Positions 8,563 through 19,106 are shown, counted from the stretch's first letter. The stretch: 64,000 bases of DNA from Chloroflexota bacterium (GCA_963663275.1 OY760183.1:3040001-3104000); one strand, 5' to 3'. Translations and numbers: made by a program. Notes: a model not told the origin generated them from the letters alone.

Positions 8563-9185
8563 TGCGGGATACCAACGAGCAAATCGCCATTGAGCGCATT
8601 GACCCCGGCCAGGATAAGGAACTGTTGGCGCACATAGCCAACGAAGTTAGCGCGATTCTCACCGAGAACGAGCAATTCCAATACATCGCGCATCAGAATT
8701 GGACGGCTTTCGGTCAACGCAAGGATGCCCTCGTTGCCACCAACAACCGCTTGATCATCTATCAACGCCATTGGTTCGGGCAGTTAACGTTCCACGACTT
8801 TCTTTGGGAGGATGTCAAGAACGTCACGATCCGCGAGGGATTCATAGCCGCCCACATTTCATGCGAACTGACCGATGGCTGGACACACTTTGCCGGCGGC
8901 CTGGTGAAGACTCAGGCCCGCGCGCTCTATGCTATCTGCCAGCAGAAAGAACAAGAGTGGCGCGAGCGTCGCCGCGTGCGCAAAATGGAAGAAGAACGCG
9001 CCCGCGCGGGCGGCACTCAGATTACGGTGCCCGGCAGTCAAATGACGGCACCGAGTAGCGAGGCACCTAACGAAGGTGGATCCTCCCTAGACAAACTGAC
9101 GCAAGCGAAGCAAATGTTCGACCAAGAGTTAATCTCTGAATCGGAGTACGAGACGTTGAAGGCGAACATCCTTAGCAAGATGTGA
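8562..9185 (+). CDS. Bacterial PH-domain protein with C-terminal SHOCT
   Basis: ALVATNNRLIIY; C-terminal LDKLTQAKQMFDQELISESEYETLKANIL; TAATG coupling to the upstream gene. Confidence 0.85.
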   Translation: MRDTNEQIAIERIDPGQDKELLAHIANEVSAILTENEQFQYIAHQNWTAFGQRKDALVATNNRLIIYQRHWFGQLTFHDFLWEDVKNVTIREGFIAAHISCELTDGWTHFAGGLVKTQARALYAICQQKEQEWRERRRVRKMEEERARAGGTQITVPGSQMTAPSSEAPNEGGSSLDKLTQAKQMFDQELISESEYETLKANILSKM

Positions 9186-9424
9186 CCATTAAAACATCAT
9201 GCCGCTGCCTGAACTTCAAGACGTGCAAGAGTAAAACCACACTCGCTGGATGTGCGACTGACAAGATTGGTATTCTTGTGCACTTCCCATATGGGTCTCG
9301 CTCAGCGTGGTTTACGCGAAGGCGCATTGCCCAAGCGAGCACTCCCCTGCTACCCCCGCTCTTGAGCGTGTCTACTAAGTGTTGCGAGCGTGCCGTGGAT
9401 GTCGCTGGTCAGCCCTTAACTCAA

Positions 9425-10126
9425 TTAGGACGTTTCGCCGTTTTCGCTGTTCCAGGCGCGGCTGCCTTTGACGCGCAGATAGGCTGCGCCGGCTTCGATC
9501 CAGGCTTCGCGGTAGGCGTAGAGGGTTTTCTCGTTCGCGCCGGCCACGCTGCGCACCTCTTCCGCGGTCTGATGCAGCCAGGGCACGTTGTCCGCTACCT
9601 CGTCGGGGCGCTCCAGCAGGAAGCGGCGCATCTCCGCCAGCTTGGTCAGGCCGCCGGGCACGTCCGGTCCGGTGATCTCCCGCATCTCCTCCGCCGCGGC
9701 CAGCAGCGCGTCGGCGGCTTCCTTGTAGACCTCCCAGCGGCGCTGCATGCGTTCCATCATGTGCTGGATGTCGTCCAGCAGCGCCTCCACGTGCGCCGCG
9801 TCTGTGCCCACCCGCGCCGGTTCTTCCTCCTCGATGCGCTTCAGTTCGTCGATGCTGCCGCAGACGTCGGTATAGTGAGTCTGGCGCGCGGCGCCTTCCG
9901 CCGTCATGTCCGGCACGAACTGGTTGGCCCCGGCCCAGCGCACCCGGGGCAACTCCATCATGCCGCCGTCCTCGAAATACACCAGCGGCGGTTGGTTGTG
10001 GCCGGCCTCTTCCACGTGGGCCCGGCCCAGGGCGATTTTTTCCAGTATCTTCTCGCGGTGCGGCGACGGCGGCAGCCACCGCTCGTCAATACCAGCAACG
10101 GCAACTCTCTCTTCTACCTGGCTCAT
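9425..10126 (-). CDS. Hypothetical protein
   Basis: Long GC3-biased ORF; GAGGAG RBS before MSQVEE. Confidence 0.8.
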   Translation of the reverse strand: MSQVEERVAVAGIDERWLPPSPHREKILEKIALGRAHVEEAGHNQPPLVYFEDGGMMELPRVRWAGANQFVPDMTAEGAARQTHYTDVCGSIDELKRIEEEEPARVGTDAAHVEALLDDIQHMMERMQRRWEVYKEAADALLAAAEEMREITGPDVPGGLTKLAEMRRFLLERPDEVADNVPWLHQTAEEVRSVAGANEKTLYAYREAWIEAGAAYLRVKGSRAWNSENGETS

Positions 10127-10221
10127 CCTGAATGCTCCTCTTCCTGAATTACGTTCTACTGCGGCGCGCAAGGACTGGCGCTCTCCCTGCACTTCCGCAT
10201 TTTCCTTAGTATACTACGCTC

Positions 10222-10866
10222 ATGAATGACGTAATCCCGGAACTGCGCTTCGATAGCAGCCGTCGGATCGCGGCCCTGCGGAGCCATGGCGTCACCCTGC
10301 GCGGCGGCGCGGTGACCCTGCGGCCCATGACGGAAGGCGATTGGGACGTGCTGCTCACGTGGAACAACGATCCCGTCGTGATGGCGCTTGCCGACCACAG
10401 CCCCTTTGAAGAAACCGCGTTGGCCGAGTTGCAGACCATCTACCGCTGGATTTCCACTCACGCCCACTGCTTCATCATGGAAGTGGCGGGCGCGCCCATC
10501 GGCGAGTGCTGGCTGCAACGCATGAACCTGCAGCGGCTCGTAGACCAATTTCCCGACCAAGACCTGCGCCGCATCGACCTGATGATCGGCGAAAAAGAGC
10601 TTTGGGGACGCGGCTACGGCACGGAAACCATCGGGCTGCTGGTGGACTTTGGCTTCCGCGTGGAGCAGGCGGACGCCATCTGCGCCCTGGTTGCGGAAGA
10701 TAACCGCCGCAGCCAACGCGCCTTCCACAAGAACGGCTTCACCCGCCACGCCACCCTCCAAGAGCCGGATGGAACGGTAATCACCGATCTGGTCCTGCGG
10801 CGGACGGCATACGAGGCCGCGAGAGCAGGAGAGTCATCGCGGCAAAGTGGCGGGGATGGCGCGTGA
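10222..10866 (+). CDS. GNAT family N-acetyltransferase (RimJ/RimL-like)
   Basis: IGEKELWGRGYGTE, NRRSQRAFHKNGF. Confidence 0.9.
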   Translation: MNDVIPELRFDSSRRIAALRSHGVTLRGGAVTLRPMTEGDWDVLLTWNNDPVVMALADHSPFEETALAELQTIYRWISTHAHCFIMEVAGAPIGECWLQRMNLQRLVDQFPDQDLRRIDLMIGEKELWGRGYGTETIGLLVDFGFRVEQADAICALVAEDNRRSQRAFHKNGFTRHATLQEPDGTVITDLVLRRTAYEAARAGESSRQSGGDGA

Positions 10867-10910
10867 ATTTGCCCCCAAGAGTAGACGTGGGCTCCTTGCC
10901 GCGTGCCGGG

Positions 10911-12008
10911 CTATGCCGGCGTTACGGAGATCCCGCTGCCCTCGCTCACGCTGCCGATGATCCAGCAGGGCTCGTTGGCGGCGCGGAAGGCTGCTTCCAG
11001 TTGGGCCTGCCGTTGGGGCGGTACGGCTGCCAGGAGGCCGCCGCTGGTCTGGGGATCGAAGAGCAGCGCGGCAAGCGCAGGCGGGATTGCCGCGTCCAGC
11101 GTCAGCAGTCCTTCGTCCAGCAGGTGCGCGCGGTTGCGGTCCAGGCCGCCGGGAACCACGCCGTCGCGAGCGTAGTCCAGCGCGCCGGACAGCAGCGGGA
11201 CGGCTTGGGCGTCGATGATGAACCGGACGTTGCCGTGGCGCGCCATCTCCATGGCGTGGCCGAGCAGGCCGTAGCCAGTGACGTCGGTGCAGGCGTGGAT
11301 TCCGTTCGCCACTCCCACACCGTCCGTCTCTCCCGCGCAAGCGGTAGTCCCGGCGCCCAACCTCTGAAACAGCCGCGCGGCGCCGGCGTTCAGGCGGCAC
11401 ATGCTCGCGATGGCCTCCTCCAAGTGCGCCGGCGCCACGCAATCGCGCTTGTGGGCCGTGGTTATTACGCCGGTGCCGATCGGTTTCGTCAGCGCCAGCA
11501 GATCGCCTGGTTGCGCGCCGGACTTCGTGAAGATGCGGTCGGGATGCACCTGGCCGGTCACCGCCAGGCCGTACTTCGGCTCCTCGTCGGTCACCGTATG
11601 CCCGCCGGCGATCACCGCGCCGGCTTCCAGTACCTTGTCCGCGCCGCCCAGGAAGATGCGGCCCAGGATGTCCAGGTCCAGGTCGTCCGGAAAGCCCGCC
11701 AGGTTCAGGGCAAAGAGCGGCTCGCCGCCCATGGCGTAGACGTCGCTCAGGGCATTGGCGGCGGCAATTTGGCCGTAGGCGTAGGGGTCGTCCACCACGG
11801 GAGGAAAGAAGTCCGCCGTGCCGATGATGGCCCGCTCGTCGCTGATCCGATAGACGGCGGCGTCATCGGGCGCGGTGAGACCGACCAGCAGGTTGCTATT
11901 GGCTTGGGAGGGAAAGGCGCGCAGCACCTGCGCGAGCTCGGCGGGGCCGAGTTTGCCCGCTCACCCGGCGCAGTCGGCCAAGGCGGTCAATCGTACCGGT
12001 GTTGTCAT
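10911..12008 (-). CDS. selD: Selenide, water dikinase SelD with in-frame UGA (Sec16)
   Basis: MTTPVRLTALADCAG-UGA(11963-11961)-AGKLGP joins in frame to DDAAVY, NALSDVYAMGG, GGHT, TDVTGYGLLGH and DPQTSGGLL. Confidence 0.93.
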
Positions 12009-12093
12009 GCGGTCGTTCCTCGCAGGCCGCAAGAGGCCTTCATGGCAGGAAATGCCCAGCGGCGGCGTGTCCAATCCGTGGCGCGCGCGGCGG

Positions 12094-12609
12094 CTACACG
12101 TCGTCACCGTTCCCCATGCGCGCGAACAAGCCTTGGAACAGCCCCTCGATGCGCGACACGCGCTCGCTCAAGTCGGCAACGCGCTCACCCAAAGCGGCAA
12201 CGTGGGATTCCAGTGTGGAGACGCGTGTTTCCAGTGCAGAAAAGCGCGTTTCCAGCGCAGTAACACTCGATTCTACTTCAGAGAAGCGCTTTTCTAGTCC
12301 AGAGAAGCGCTGCTCCAGCCCAGAAAAGCGCGCTTCTAGCTCAGAATAGCGCTGCTCCAGCCCAGAAAAGCGCGCTTCTAACTCAGAATAGCGTTGCTCC
12401 AGCCCAGAAAAGCGCTGGTCAAGTTTGGTGAGGCGATCTTCCAGCCCAGAAAAGCGCTGCTCAAGTTTGGTGAAGCGATCTTCCAGCCCAGAAAAGCGTT
12501 GCTCATTGTGACGTTCGAGCGCGCGAATCTGCGCGATGATGATCCCACCAATTGCCGACATCGCAATGAGGATAGTCGCCAACAAGCCAATGAACTGTAC
12601 GTTATCCAT
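12094..12609 (-). CDS. TM-anchored coiled-coil heptad-repeat protein
   Basis: N-terminal TM then (RFSGLEQ/RYSELEA)n encoded by 21/42-bp tandem repeats; ends SRIEGL. Confidence 0.8.
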   Translation of the reverse strand: MDNVQFIGLLATILIAMSAIGGIIIAQIRALERHNEQRFSGLEDRFTKLEQRFSGLEDRLTKLDQRFSGLEQRYSELEARFSGLEQRYSELEARFSGLEQRFSGLEKRFSEVESSVTALETRFSALETRVSTLESHVAALGERVADLSERVSRIEGLFQGLFARMGNGDDV

Positions 12610-12794
12610 TGTGCCCTCGCTCTCCCACGCTCTTTCAGCTAGCGCCATTAGTATACTACACACTCACAGGAGAGCGTTGCAGCCAGTCGCAAAACCCGCC
12701 GCACCGCAGTACCGTATAACCGGCGCGGCGTCAACGTTCCTGCCAGGAATCGAGCCGCTACGCGGCAATTGCGCCACCCGCATCAAGGGCCAAA

Positions 12795-13643
12795 CTAAGC
12801 AAAGTCCCGCCATGAGTACTGCGCCGCAAAGCCCAGTTCGCGTTTCGCTTTGGCGTTGCTGATGCCGGACTCTGCGCCGGTAAGATGAGCGGCCATGTCG
12901 CCGATGCCGGGGAACGCCAGCGGCGCGGCTTCGGCCACGGGCACGGAGCAGAAGGCGTCGTCGGCCACGATGTAGTACGCGCCCTGCACGGCGGATTCCG
13001 TCTCCAACGCCAGGCGAAAGCCCACGGCCAGGTCGCGCACGTCCGCATAGCCCCAAATGCCGCCGTAGTAAGCGTTGAAGTCTGCCTCCAGCGCCGCCAG
13101 ACGATCCGGCCAGGTTTCCGGCATTACCACGTGCGACGGACGGATGGACACCGCGGGTATGCCCGTGCGCCGGTGGGCCATGTCCACGGTGTCCTCACCC
13201 ACCACCTTGGAGAGGGCGTAGGGATCTTGCGGCAGATCGGGATGGTTTTCGTCCAACGGCAGATAGTGCGGGGCAAAGTCCCGGTAGCGAAAGCTCATGC
13301 CGAGCACGTTGATGCTGCTGGTGGCCACGATCTTGCGCAGGCCCAGGGTGGCGGCGGCCTCGCACACGTTGTACGTGCCCATCACGTTCGTGCGGAAGAC
13401 GTACGCGTTGGCGTGGGTTCCCGGCGAGGGAATGGCCGAAAGGTGCACCACCGCCTCGGCCGGGGCCAGCAGTTCGAAGATCGTGCCCTCATCCTCATGG
13501 TCGCCCAGGCGATAGCGCACGCCGGGCTCCGGTTCCGGCGGGGCTACCCGATCGAACGAGACGACTTCGTGCCCGTGCCGCACAAGTTCGCGCACCACGT
13601 AGCGTCCGATATTGCCGCTGCCGCCGGTCACAACCACTTTCAT
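12795..13643 (-). CDS. NAD-dependent epimerase/dehydratase
   Basis: TGGSGNIG and YALSK motifs. Confidence 0.92.
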   Translation of the reverse strand: MKVVVTGGSGNIGRYVVRELVRHGHEVVSFDRVAPPEPEPGVRYRLGDHEDEGTIFELLAPAEAVVHLSAIPSPGTHANAYVFRTNVMGTYNVCEAAATLGLRKIVATSSINVLGMSFRYRDFAPHYLPLDENHPDLPQDPYALSKVVGEDTVDMAHRRTGIPAVSIRPSHVVMPETWPDRLAALEADFNAYYGGIWGYADVRDLAVGFRLALETESAVQGAYYIVADDAFCSVPVAEAAPLAFPGIGDMAAHLTGAESGISNAKAKRELGFAAQYSWRDFA

Positions 13644-13910
13644 GCCGTTTTCCTCCTCTTGGGCTGAATACTCGTGCTACGCTATGGTAACAGGCGCGCC
13701 CGTAGACCCGCCTGCTTGCGCATAGTTGACTGCCGCGTGCACGTTAGTATAGCGTGGGACACAACACTGGGCTGACCTCGCGCCTCGCGGAGCAATTGCA
13801 GGGGCGGCAAAAAGCAATTGACTTCGCGCCTCGCGCAGGCTGCGGCCGGTAGGGGCAGTTTCGCGACCTGCCTGGTAAAGTCACGAAGAAGAACTAAAGA
13901 GGAAGCGACA

Positions 13911-14768
13911 ATGAGTACGATTGCCATCGTTACCGACAGCACGAGCGATCTCGATCCCGCGGTTGCGGCGGAGCAGCACATTACCCTGGTGCCGGCGCAC
14001 GTGCGTTTCGGCGACGTCGACTACAAGGACGGCGTGGACATCACCGGCGAGCAGTTCTACGCCATGCTTACCGAGGCGCGGGACTTGCCCCAGACCTCGC
14101 AGCCTTCCGTGGGGGAATTTGCCGAGGTCTACGAACGGCTCGCCCAAGACCATGAGCACATCGTCTCGCTCCACGTCTCCGGCAAGCTGAGCGGCACCAT
14201 GCAGTCGGCGCTCACCGCCGCGCAGCAGTTCGAGGGAGAGTCGTCCTGCCAGATTCACGTGGTTGACACCCAATCGGCCTCGATTGGCTTGGCCTACATG
14301 GCGCGGGAAGCGGCGCGGCTGGTAGGGAAAGGCAGCGAAGCCGACCAGATCGTGAATCACATCAAGTACGTGGCGGGCCTCATGCATCTGGCCTTTACCC
14401 CGGATACGCTGGAGTACCTGCGGCGCGGCGGACGGCTGGGCGCGGCGTCCCACTTGCTGGGTTCGCTGCTCCGCATCAAGCCGGTGCTCATCCTCGAAGA
14501 CGGCGCGATCGAAGCGCTTGATAAGGTGCGCACGCGCTCACGCGTAGTGGAGCGCATGGTGCGCTACGTGGAATCCGTGGCCGGCGCCGACGCTACCCTC
14601 ACCCACCTGGGCGTGATGCACGCGAACGATCCGGATTTCGCGGCGGAGTTGCAGGAGGCAATCTTGGGCCGCGTCTCCGCCCAGAGCGTCTTGAACGGCT
14701 CGATCGGCCCGGCCATCGGCACCCATGCCGGCCCCGGCGCCGTTGGCATTTCATTTCATAAGGAGTAG
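13911..14768 (+). CDS. DegV family fatty acid-binding protein
   Basis: IVTDSTSDL, TSQPS, SGKLSGT, LRRGGR, IGTHAGPG. Confidence 0.95.
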   Translation: MSTIAIVTDSTSDLDPAVAAEQHITLVPAHVRFGDVDYKDGVDITGEQFYAMLTEARDLPQTSQPSVGEFAEVYERLAQDHEHIVSLHVSGKLSGTMQSALTAAQQFEGESSCQIHVVDTQSASIGLAYMAREAARLVGKGSEADQIVNHIKYVAGLMHLAFTPDTLEYLRRGGRLGAASHLLGSLLRIKPVLILEDGAIEALDKVRTRSRVVERMVRYVESVAGADATLTHLGVMHANDPDFAAELQEAILGRVSAQSVLNGSIGPAIGTHAGPGAVGISFHKE

Positions 14769-14777
14769 GTCACGTCT

Positions 14778-16136
14778 ATGCGCGAACGCATCGAAGACGC
14801 GCTCAAGCAACATACGGCGGATTTCGTGGAAGTCCGCATCGCGGAAACGGCGACTACCAGCATTACCTACCGCGGCCAGGAACTCGAAGAAGTGGGCACC
14901 ACCACGGAACTGGGCGGCTGCGTGCGCGCGGCGGTGAACGGCGGCTGGGGCTTCGTCTCCTTCAATCGCATCGCCAACCTGCGCGACAAGGTGAACCAAG
15001 CCGTTAGCCAGGCCCGGCTGGTAGGCGCGGAGAAGACGGAATTGGCGGACGTGCCGACAGTGCAGGACGCGGCGGCCCTCTCCATGCGGCGCGACCCCCG
15101 CGAGGTCCCGCTGGCGGAAAAGAAGCGCCTCATGGACTCCTACGTGGAGGAAATCTGGCGCGCCCCCAAAATCCAGACCTCCACCGTCCGCTATGGCGAC
15201 GGCTACCGCAAGCAGTACTACGGCAACTCGACCGGAACCTACGTCGAGCAGGAGCGCGGCCGGGTGACGGCGCACTTTGGCGTGGTGGCGCGGGATAACG
15301 GCAACGTGCAGCAGTCCCGGGCGGGCTTTGCCAGCGGCGACGACTACGGCGTGGTGGAAGGCCACCATGACGAGGTGCGCGAGACTGCCCAGAAAGCCGT
15401 GGCCATGCTCGACGCCACGCCGCCCAAAGGCGGCGAGTTCATGGTGATACTGGATTCCACCCTGGCCGGTGTCTTTGCCCACGAGGCGTTTGGGCACCTG
15501 TCGGAAGCCGACCACGTCTACGAAAACGACAAGCTCAAGGAGATGATGGTCCTGGGCCGCACCTTTGGCGGCAAGTATCTCAACATCACCGACAGCGGCA
15601 AGGTGCCCGGCCTTACCGGCTCCTTCGCTTACGACGACGAGGGCGTACCGACCGGCAAGCAGTACCTCATCCGCGAGGGCGAACTGGTGGGGCGGCTGCA
15701 CTCGCGGGAAACGGCGGGCAAGATGAACGAAGCCCCCACCGGCAACGCCCGCGCCCAGAGCTACCGCGTGCCGCCGCTGGTGCGCATGCGCAATACCGCC
15801 ATCGAGCCGGGCGAAACGCCGCTGGAGGACATGCTGGCCGAGGTGAAAGACGGCGTCTACTGCAAGAATTGGTACGGCGGCCAGACCAGCATGGAGATGT
15901 TCACCTTCTCCTGCATGGAAGCCTACGCCATCCGCGACGGCAAACTGGCGGAGCCGCTGCGCGGGGTAAACCTCTCCGGCAACGTCTTTACCACGCTGGA
16001 AAACATCGTCGCCGTCGGCAACGACTTCGCCTGGGACCCGGCCGGCGGGACGTGCGGCAAGGGCGGCCAGTCGGCGCCGGTGGGCGACGGCAGCCCCCAC
16101 GTGCTCATTAGCAAGTGCCTGGTGGGAGGACAGTAA
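14778..16136 (+). CDS. tldD: TldD metalloprotease
   Basis: HEAFGH, YDDEG, RMRNT, CGKGGQ. Confidence 0.93.
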   Translation: MRERIEDALKQHTADFVEVRIAETATTSITYRGQELEEVGTTTELGGCVRAAVNGGWGFVSFNRIANLRDKVNQAVSQARLVGAEKTELADVPTVQDAAALSMRRDPREVPLAEKKRLMDSYVEEIWRAPKIQTSTVRYGDGYRKQYYGNSTGTYVEQERGRVTAHFGVVARDNGNVQQSRAGFASGDDYGVVEGHHDEVRETAQKAVAMLDATPPKGGEFMVILDSTLAGVFAHEAFGHLSEADHVYENDKLKEMMVLGRTFGGKYLNITDSGKVPGLTGSFAYDDEGVPTGKQYLIREGELVGRLHSRETAGKMNEAPTGNARAQSYRVPPLVRMRNTAIEPGETPLEDMLAEVKDGVYCKNWYGGQTSMEMFTFSCMEAYAIRDGKLAEPLRGVNLSGNVFTTLENIVAVGNDFAWDPAGGTCGKGGQSAPVGDGSPHVLISKCLVGGQ

Positions 16137-16140
16137 GCGT

Positions 16141-17463
16141 ATGCTTGAAGAGCTATTGGCCAAAGCCGCGAAGACGGCTGACGTGGCGGAAGCGTTCCAC
16201 TATGAGTCCGCGGAACTGCCGATCTCCTTCGAGGCCAACCGCATCAAGTCCATCAACGCCCGCGAGTCCAGCGGCATGGCGTTGCGCATCGTCAAAGACG
16301 GGCGCATCGGGCTGGGCTACTCCTCCAAGCTGGGCGCGCCGGGCGATCTGGACGCGCTGGTGGCGAGCGCGGTGGAGTCCGCGCAATTCGGCGCGCAGGC
16401 GCGGTTCACGCTGCCCAGCGCCTACACCACTAACGGAGTCACCATCTTCGACCCGGACGTGGACGCGCTGACGCTGGATAATCTGGTGGCCCTTGGCGCC
16501 GAAGCGCTCGACCTGCTGCGCAATCACGATAAGGAATTCCTGTGCGACGTGGGCGCAAGCAAGCGCGTTTCCCGCATCCGCCTGCTCAATTCCCACGGCG
16601 GCGGCACCGATTACCGCAAGTCGGTGGTCTCTCTGGGCGGCAGCGTCAACCTGACCCGGGATGACGACATCCTGGACGTGTGGCACTACGCGGTCTCCTG
16701 CCGGACGGACGTGGATCCCCAGGCGGTAGCGCAACGCATCATCCAGCGGGTGGAAGACGCGCGGCAGCAAGGGAACGTGCAAACCAAGCACATGCCGGTG
16801 CTCTTCACGCCCCAAGGACTTGGCTCTACGCTGATGCTGCCGCTGCGGCAGGCGTTCAGCGGTAAGACCGTGCTGGAAGGCGCGTCGCCCTTGAGCGAGC
16901 GATTGGGCGAACAGGTGTTCGACGAGAAGCTGAGCGTCTACGACGACGGCACGCTCGCTTACGCCGTCGGTTCCTCACCCACCGACGACGAGGGCATTCC
17001 GCTGCGGCGCACGCCGCTGGTGGAGAACGGCCACGTGCGCACCTTCGTCTACGACCTGCAAACGGCGGGCCTGGCCGGCGCGGAGCCGACCGGGAACGGC
17101 GAACGCTCGGCGGACTCCTTGCCGTCCCCCGGCTATCACAACGTGGTCGTAACGCCCGGCGACGGCGGCAGCCTGGAAAACCTGATCGGCGGCATTGACG
17201 AAGGCATCTTGGTCGAGTACACCCTGGGCGCATCGATGGGCAATCTCTTCTCCGGCGACTTCTCCGGCAACGTGCACCTGGGCTACAAGATCGAGCACGG
17301 CAAACTGGCCGGCCGGGTGAAAGACACCATGGTGGCCGGCAATACTTATGACGCGCTCAAGAATATCGCGGCCCTCGGCAGCGAACCGGAATGGGTCGGC
17401 GGCAGTTTCTACGCGCCGCCAATCCTGGTGGCGGACCTGAGCGTAAGCACGCGGGAAGGCTGA
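16141..17463 (+). CDS. pmbA: PmbA/TldE protein
   Basis: Directly follows tldD; TDDEG and SGDFSG present, no HExxxH. Confidence 0.9.
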   Translation: MLEELLAKAAKTADVAEAFHYESAELPISFEANRIKSINARESSGMALRIVKDGRIGLGYSSKLGAPGDLDALVASAVESAQFGAQARFTLPSAYTTNGVTIFDPDVDALTLDNLVALGAEALDLLRNHDKEFLCDVGASKRVSRIRLLNSHGGGTDYRKSVVSLGGSVNLTRDDDILDVWHYAVSCRTDVDPQAVAQRIIQRVEDARQQGNVQTKHMPVLFTPQGLGSTLMLPLRQAFSGKTVLEGASPLSERLGEQVFDEKLSVYDDGTLAYAVGSSPTDDEGIPLRRTPLVENGHVRTFVYDLQTAGLAGAEPTGNGERSADSLPSPGYHNVVVTPGDGGSLENLIGGIDEGILVEYTLGASMGNLFSGDFSGNVHLGYKIEHGKLAGRVKDTMVAGNTYDALKNIAALGSEPEWVGGSFYAPPILVADLSVSTREG

Positions 17464-17618
17464 AGAGAGACAACACGTGGGAGCAAACGACGCAGGAGCT
17501 TTATCGCACCGTATTGGTTCTCATGGGTACTCTTTAATGGAGTAGCGCCTTCCGGATCTGGAATCGGCAATGTATAGTTTGGGTGACAAGTCATATCATG
17601 ATGTGATATACTTTCCTT

Positions 17619-17873
17619 GTGAGACGGAAGCATCGTAGAACACTGGCGGCGCTATTCCGCCGCCCTACGCAGTCAGGTATCCGCTGGGATGACATTGAGT
17701 CGCTGCTATTGGCCTGCGGAGCCTACGTGGAGGAGCGGAGCGGCTCCAGGGTGTATATCGAGTTGAACGACATTGTTGCGCACTTTCACCGACCGCATCC
17801 TGAAAAAGAGGTGAGAAAAGGCGCGGTAGAGGCCATGAGGAAATATCTGAGCAAGGCGGGGGTCGAGCCATGA
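17619..17873 (+). CDS. hicA: HicA family toxin
   Basis: IRWDDIESLL..EERSGSRV..FHRPHPEKE. Confidence 0.9.
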   Translation: MRRKHRRTLAALFRRPTQSGIRWDDIESLLLACGAYVEERSGSRVYIELNDIVAHFHRPHPEKEVRKGAVEAMRKYLSKAGVEP

Positions 17874-18199
17874 TGAAGTACAAGGGATACAACGCGGCCG
17901 TGAGTTTCGACTATGCGGCGGGTGTCTTCCACGGCGAGGTGGTAGATACACGCGACGTCATCGTCTTTGAGGGAGACTCCGTGGCGCAACTGGAAAGAGA
18001 GTTTCGGTTCTCGATTGACGATTACTTGGCGGTCTGCGCCGAAAGAGGCAGGACGCCGGACCGGCCTTTCTCGGGGCGAGTTCCGCTGCGCTTGTCGCCG
18101 GATGTTCATCGCGCCGCCACGTCCGCGGCAAAGTCGGAAGGCAAGAGCCTGAACGCATGGCTGTCCGAAACGATCAAGAGAGCGGCAATAGGCTCATAG
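17870..18199 (+). CDS. hicB: HicB family antitoxin
   Basis: MKYKGY..FHGEV..SIDDYL..PFSGRVPLRL..SLNAW; ATGA overlap with hicA; upstream palindrome ATATCA-N5-TGATAT at about 17593-17609. Confidence 0.9.
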   Translation: MMKYKGYNAAVSFDYAAGVFHGEVVDTRDVIVFEGDSVAQLEREFRFSIDDYLAVCAERGRTPDRPFSGRVPLRLSPDVHRAATSAAKSEGKSLNAWLSETIKRAAIGS

Positions 18200-18260
18200 C
18201 GCATCTCTTTCCGCGCACCTTGAGCAGTTACTTTGCAAGGCGTATACAGGAGACCGACCA

Positions 18261-19106
18261 ATGGCGGCAGGCGGCACGGGTGAACACCAACGCGGCGCAT
18301 TCCTCGACGGGCTATTCGGCCTGGACGGAGAAGTGGCGGTGGTTGGCGGCGGCACGGGCATTCTGGGCGGCGTGATCGCCGAGTATCTCGGCGCGGCCGG
18401 CGCAAAGGTGGCGGTGCTGGGGCGCAACCAGGAGCAGGGCCAGCGCCGGGTGGAGACCATCACGGCTGGCGGCGGCGAGGCAATTTTCGTGCCCTACGTC
18501 GCTACCGACGCCGCCTCGGTCGCGGAGGCCCATGCGCGTGTGCGGGAAGCGTTCGGCGCGGTGACGGTGACGGTGAACGCCGTGGGCGGCAACCAGCCGT
18601 CGGCGGTCGTCAGCCCGGATCAGGCTTTCGAGGAGATTACGCTGGACGCCGTGCGCGACAATCTCGACCTCAATCTCACGTCGGCCTGGCTCGCCTGCCG
18701 GGAATTCGGGCCGGCGATGCTCGCCAACGGGCGCGGCAGCGTGATCAACATCGGCTCCATGGCCGGCGGCGAACGGCCTCTCTCGCGGGTGCCGGTCTAC
18801 GCTATCGGCAAGTCGGGCGTGGCCACCCTGACGTACTTCCTGGCGCGGGAGTGGCAAGGCACGGTGCGGGTCAACATGATCGTGCCCGGCTTCTTCGAAA
18901 CCACCCAGAACCGCGCCCTGCTGCGCAACCCGGACGGCAGCCTGAGCGAACGCGGCGCGCAAATCGTCGAACACACCCCCATGGGCCGCTTTGGCGAACC
19001 GGAGGAAGTCGGCGGCGCGGCGGTCTACCTCGCGTCCCAGGCCAGCGCCTTCACCACCGGGCTGGCCTTCGTCATCGACGGCGGCTTCTCGGTGCAGTCG
19101 ATCTGA
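18261..19106 (+). CDS. SDR family oxidoreductase (D-mannonate oxidoreductase-like)
   Basis: GGGTGILG, NAVGGNQP, YAIGK, TPMGRFG, IDGGF. Confidence 0.9.
   Translation: MAAGGTGEHQRGAFLDGLFGLDGEVAVVGGGTGILGGVIAEYLGAAGAKVAVLGRNQEQGQRRVETITAGGGEAIFVPYVATDAASVAEAHARVREAFGAVTVTVNAVGGNQPSAVVSPDQAFEEITLDAVRDNLDLNLTSAWLACREFGPAMLANGRGSVINIGSMAGGERPLSRVPVYAIGKSGVATLTYFLAREWQGTVRVNMIVPGFFETTQNRALLRNPDGSLSERGAQIVEHTPMGRFGEPEEVGGAAVYLASQASAFTTGLAFVIDGGFSVQSI

Noticed and set aside
12150-12510. Possible CRISPR or non-coding repeat array
   Set aside because: Repeats are in-frame heptads inside a coding sequence
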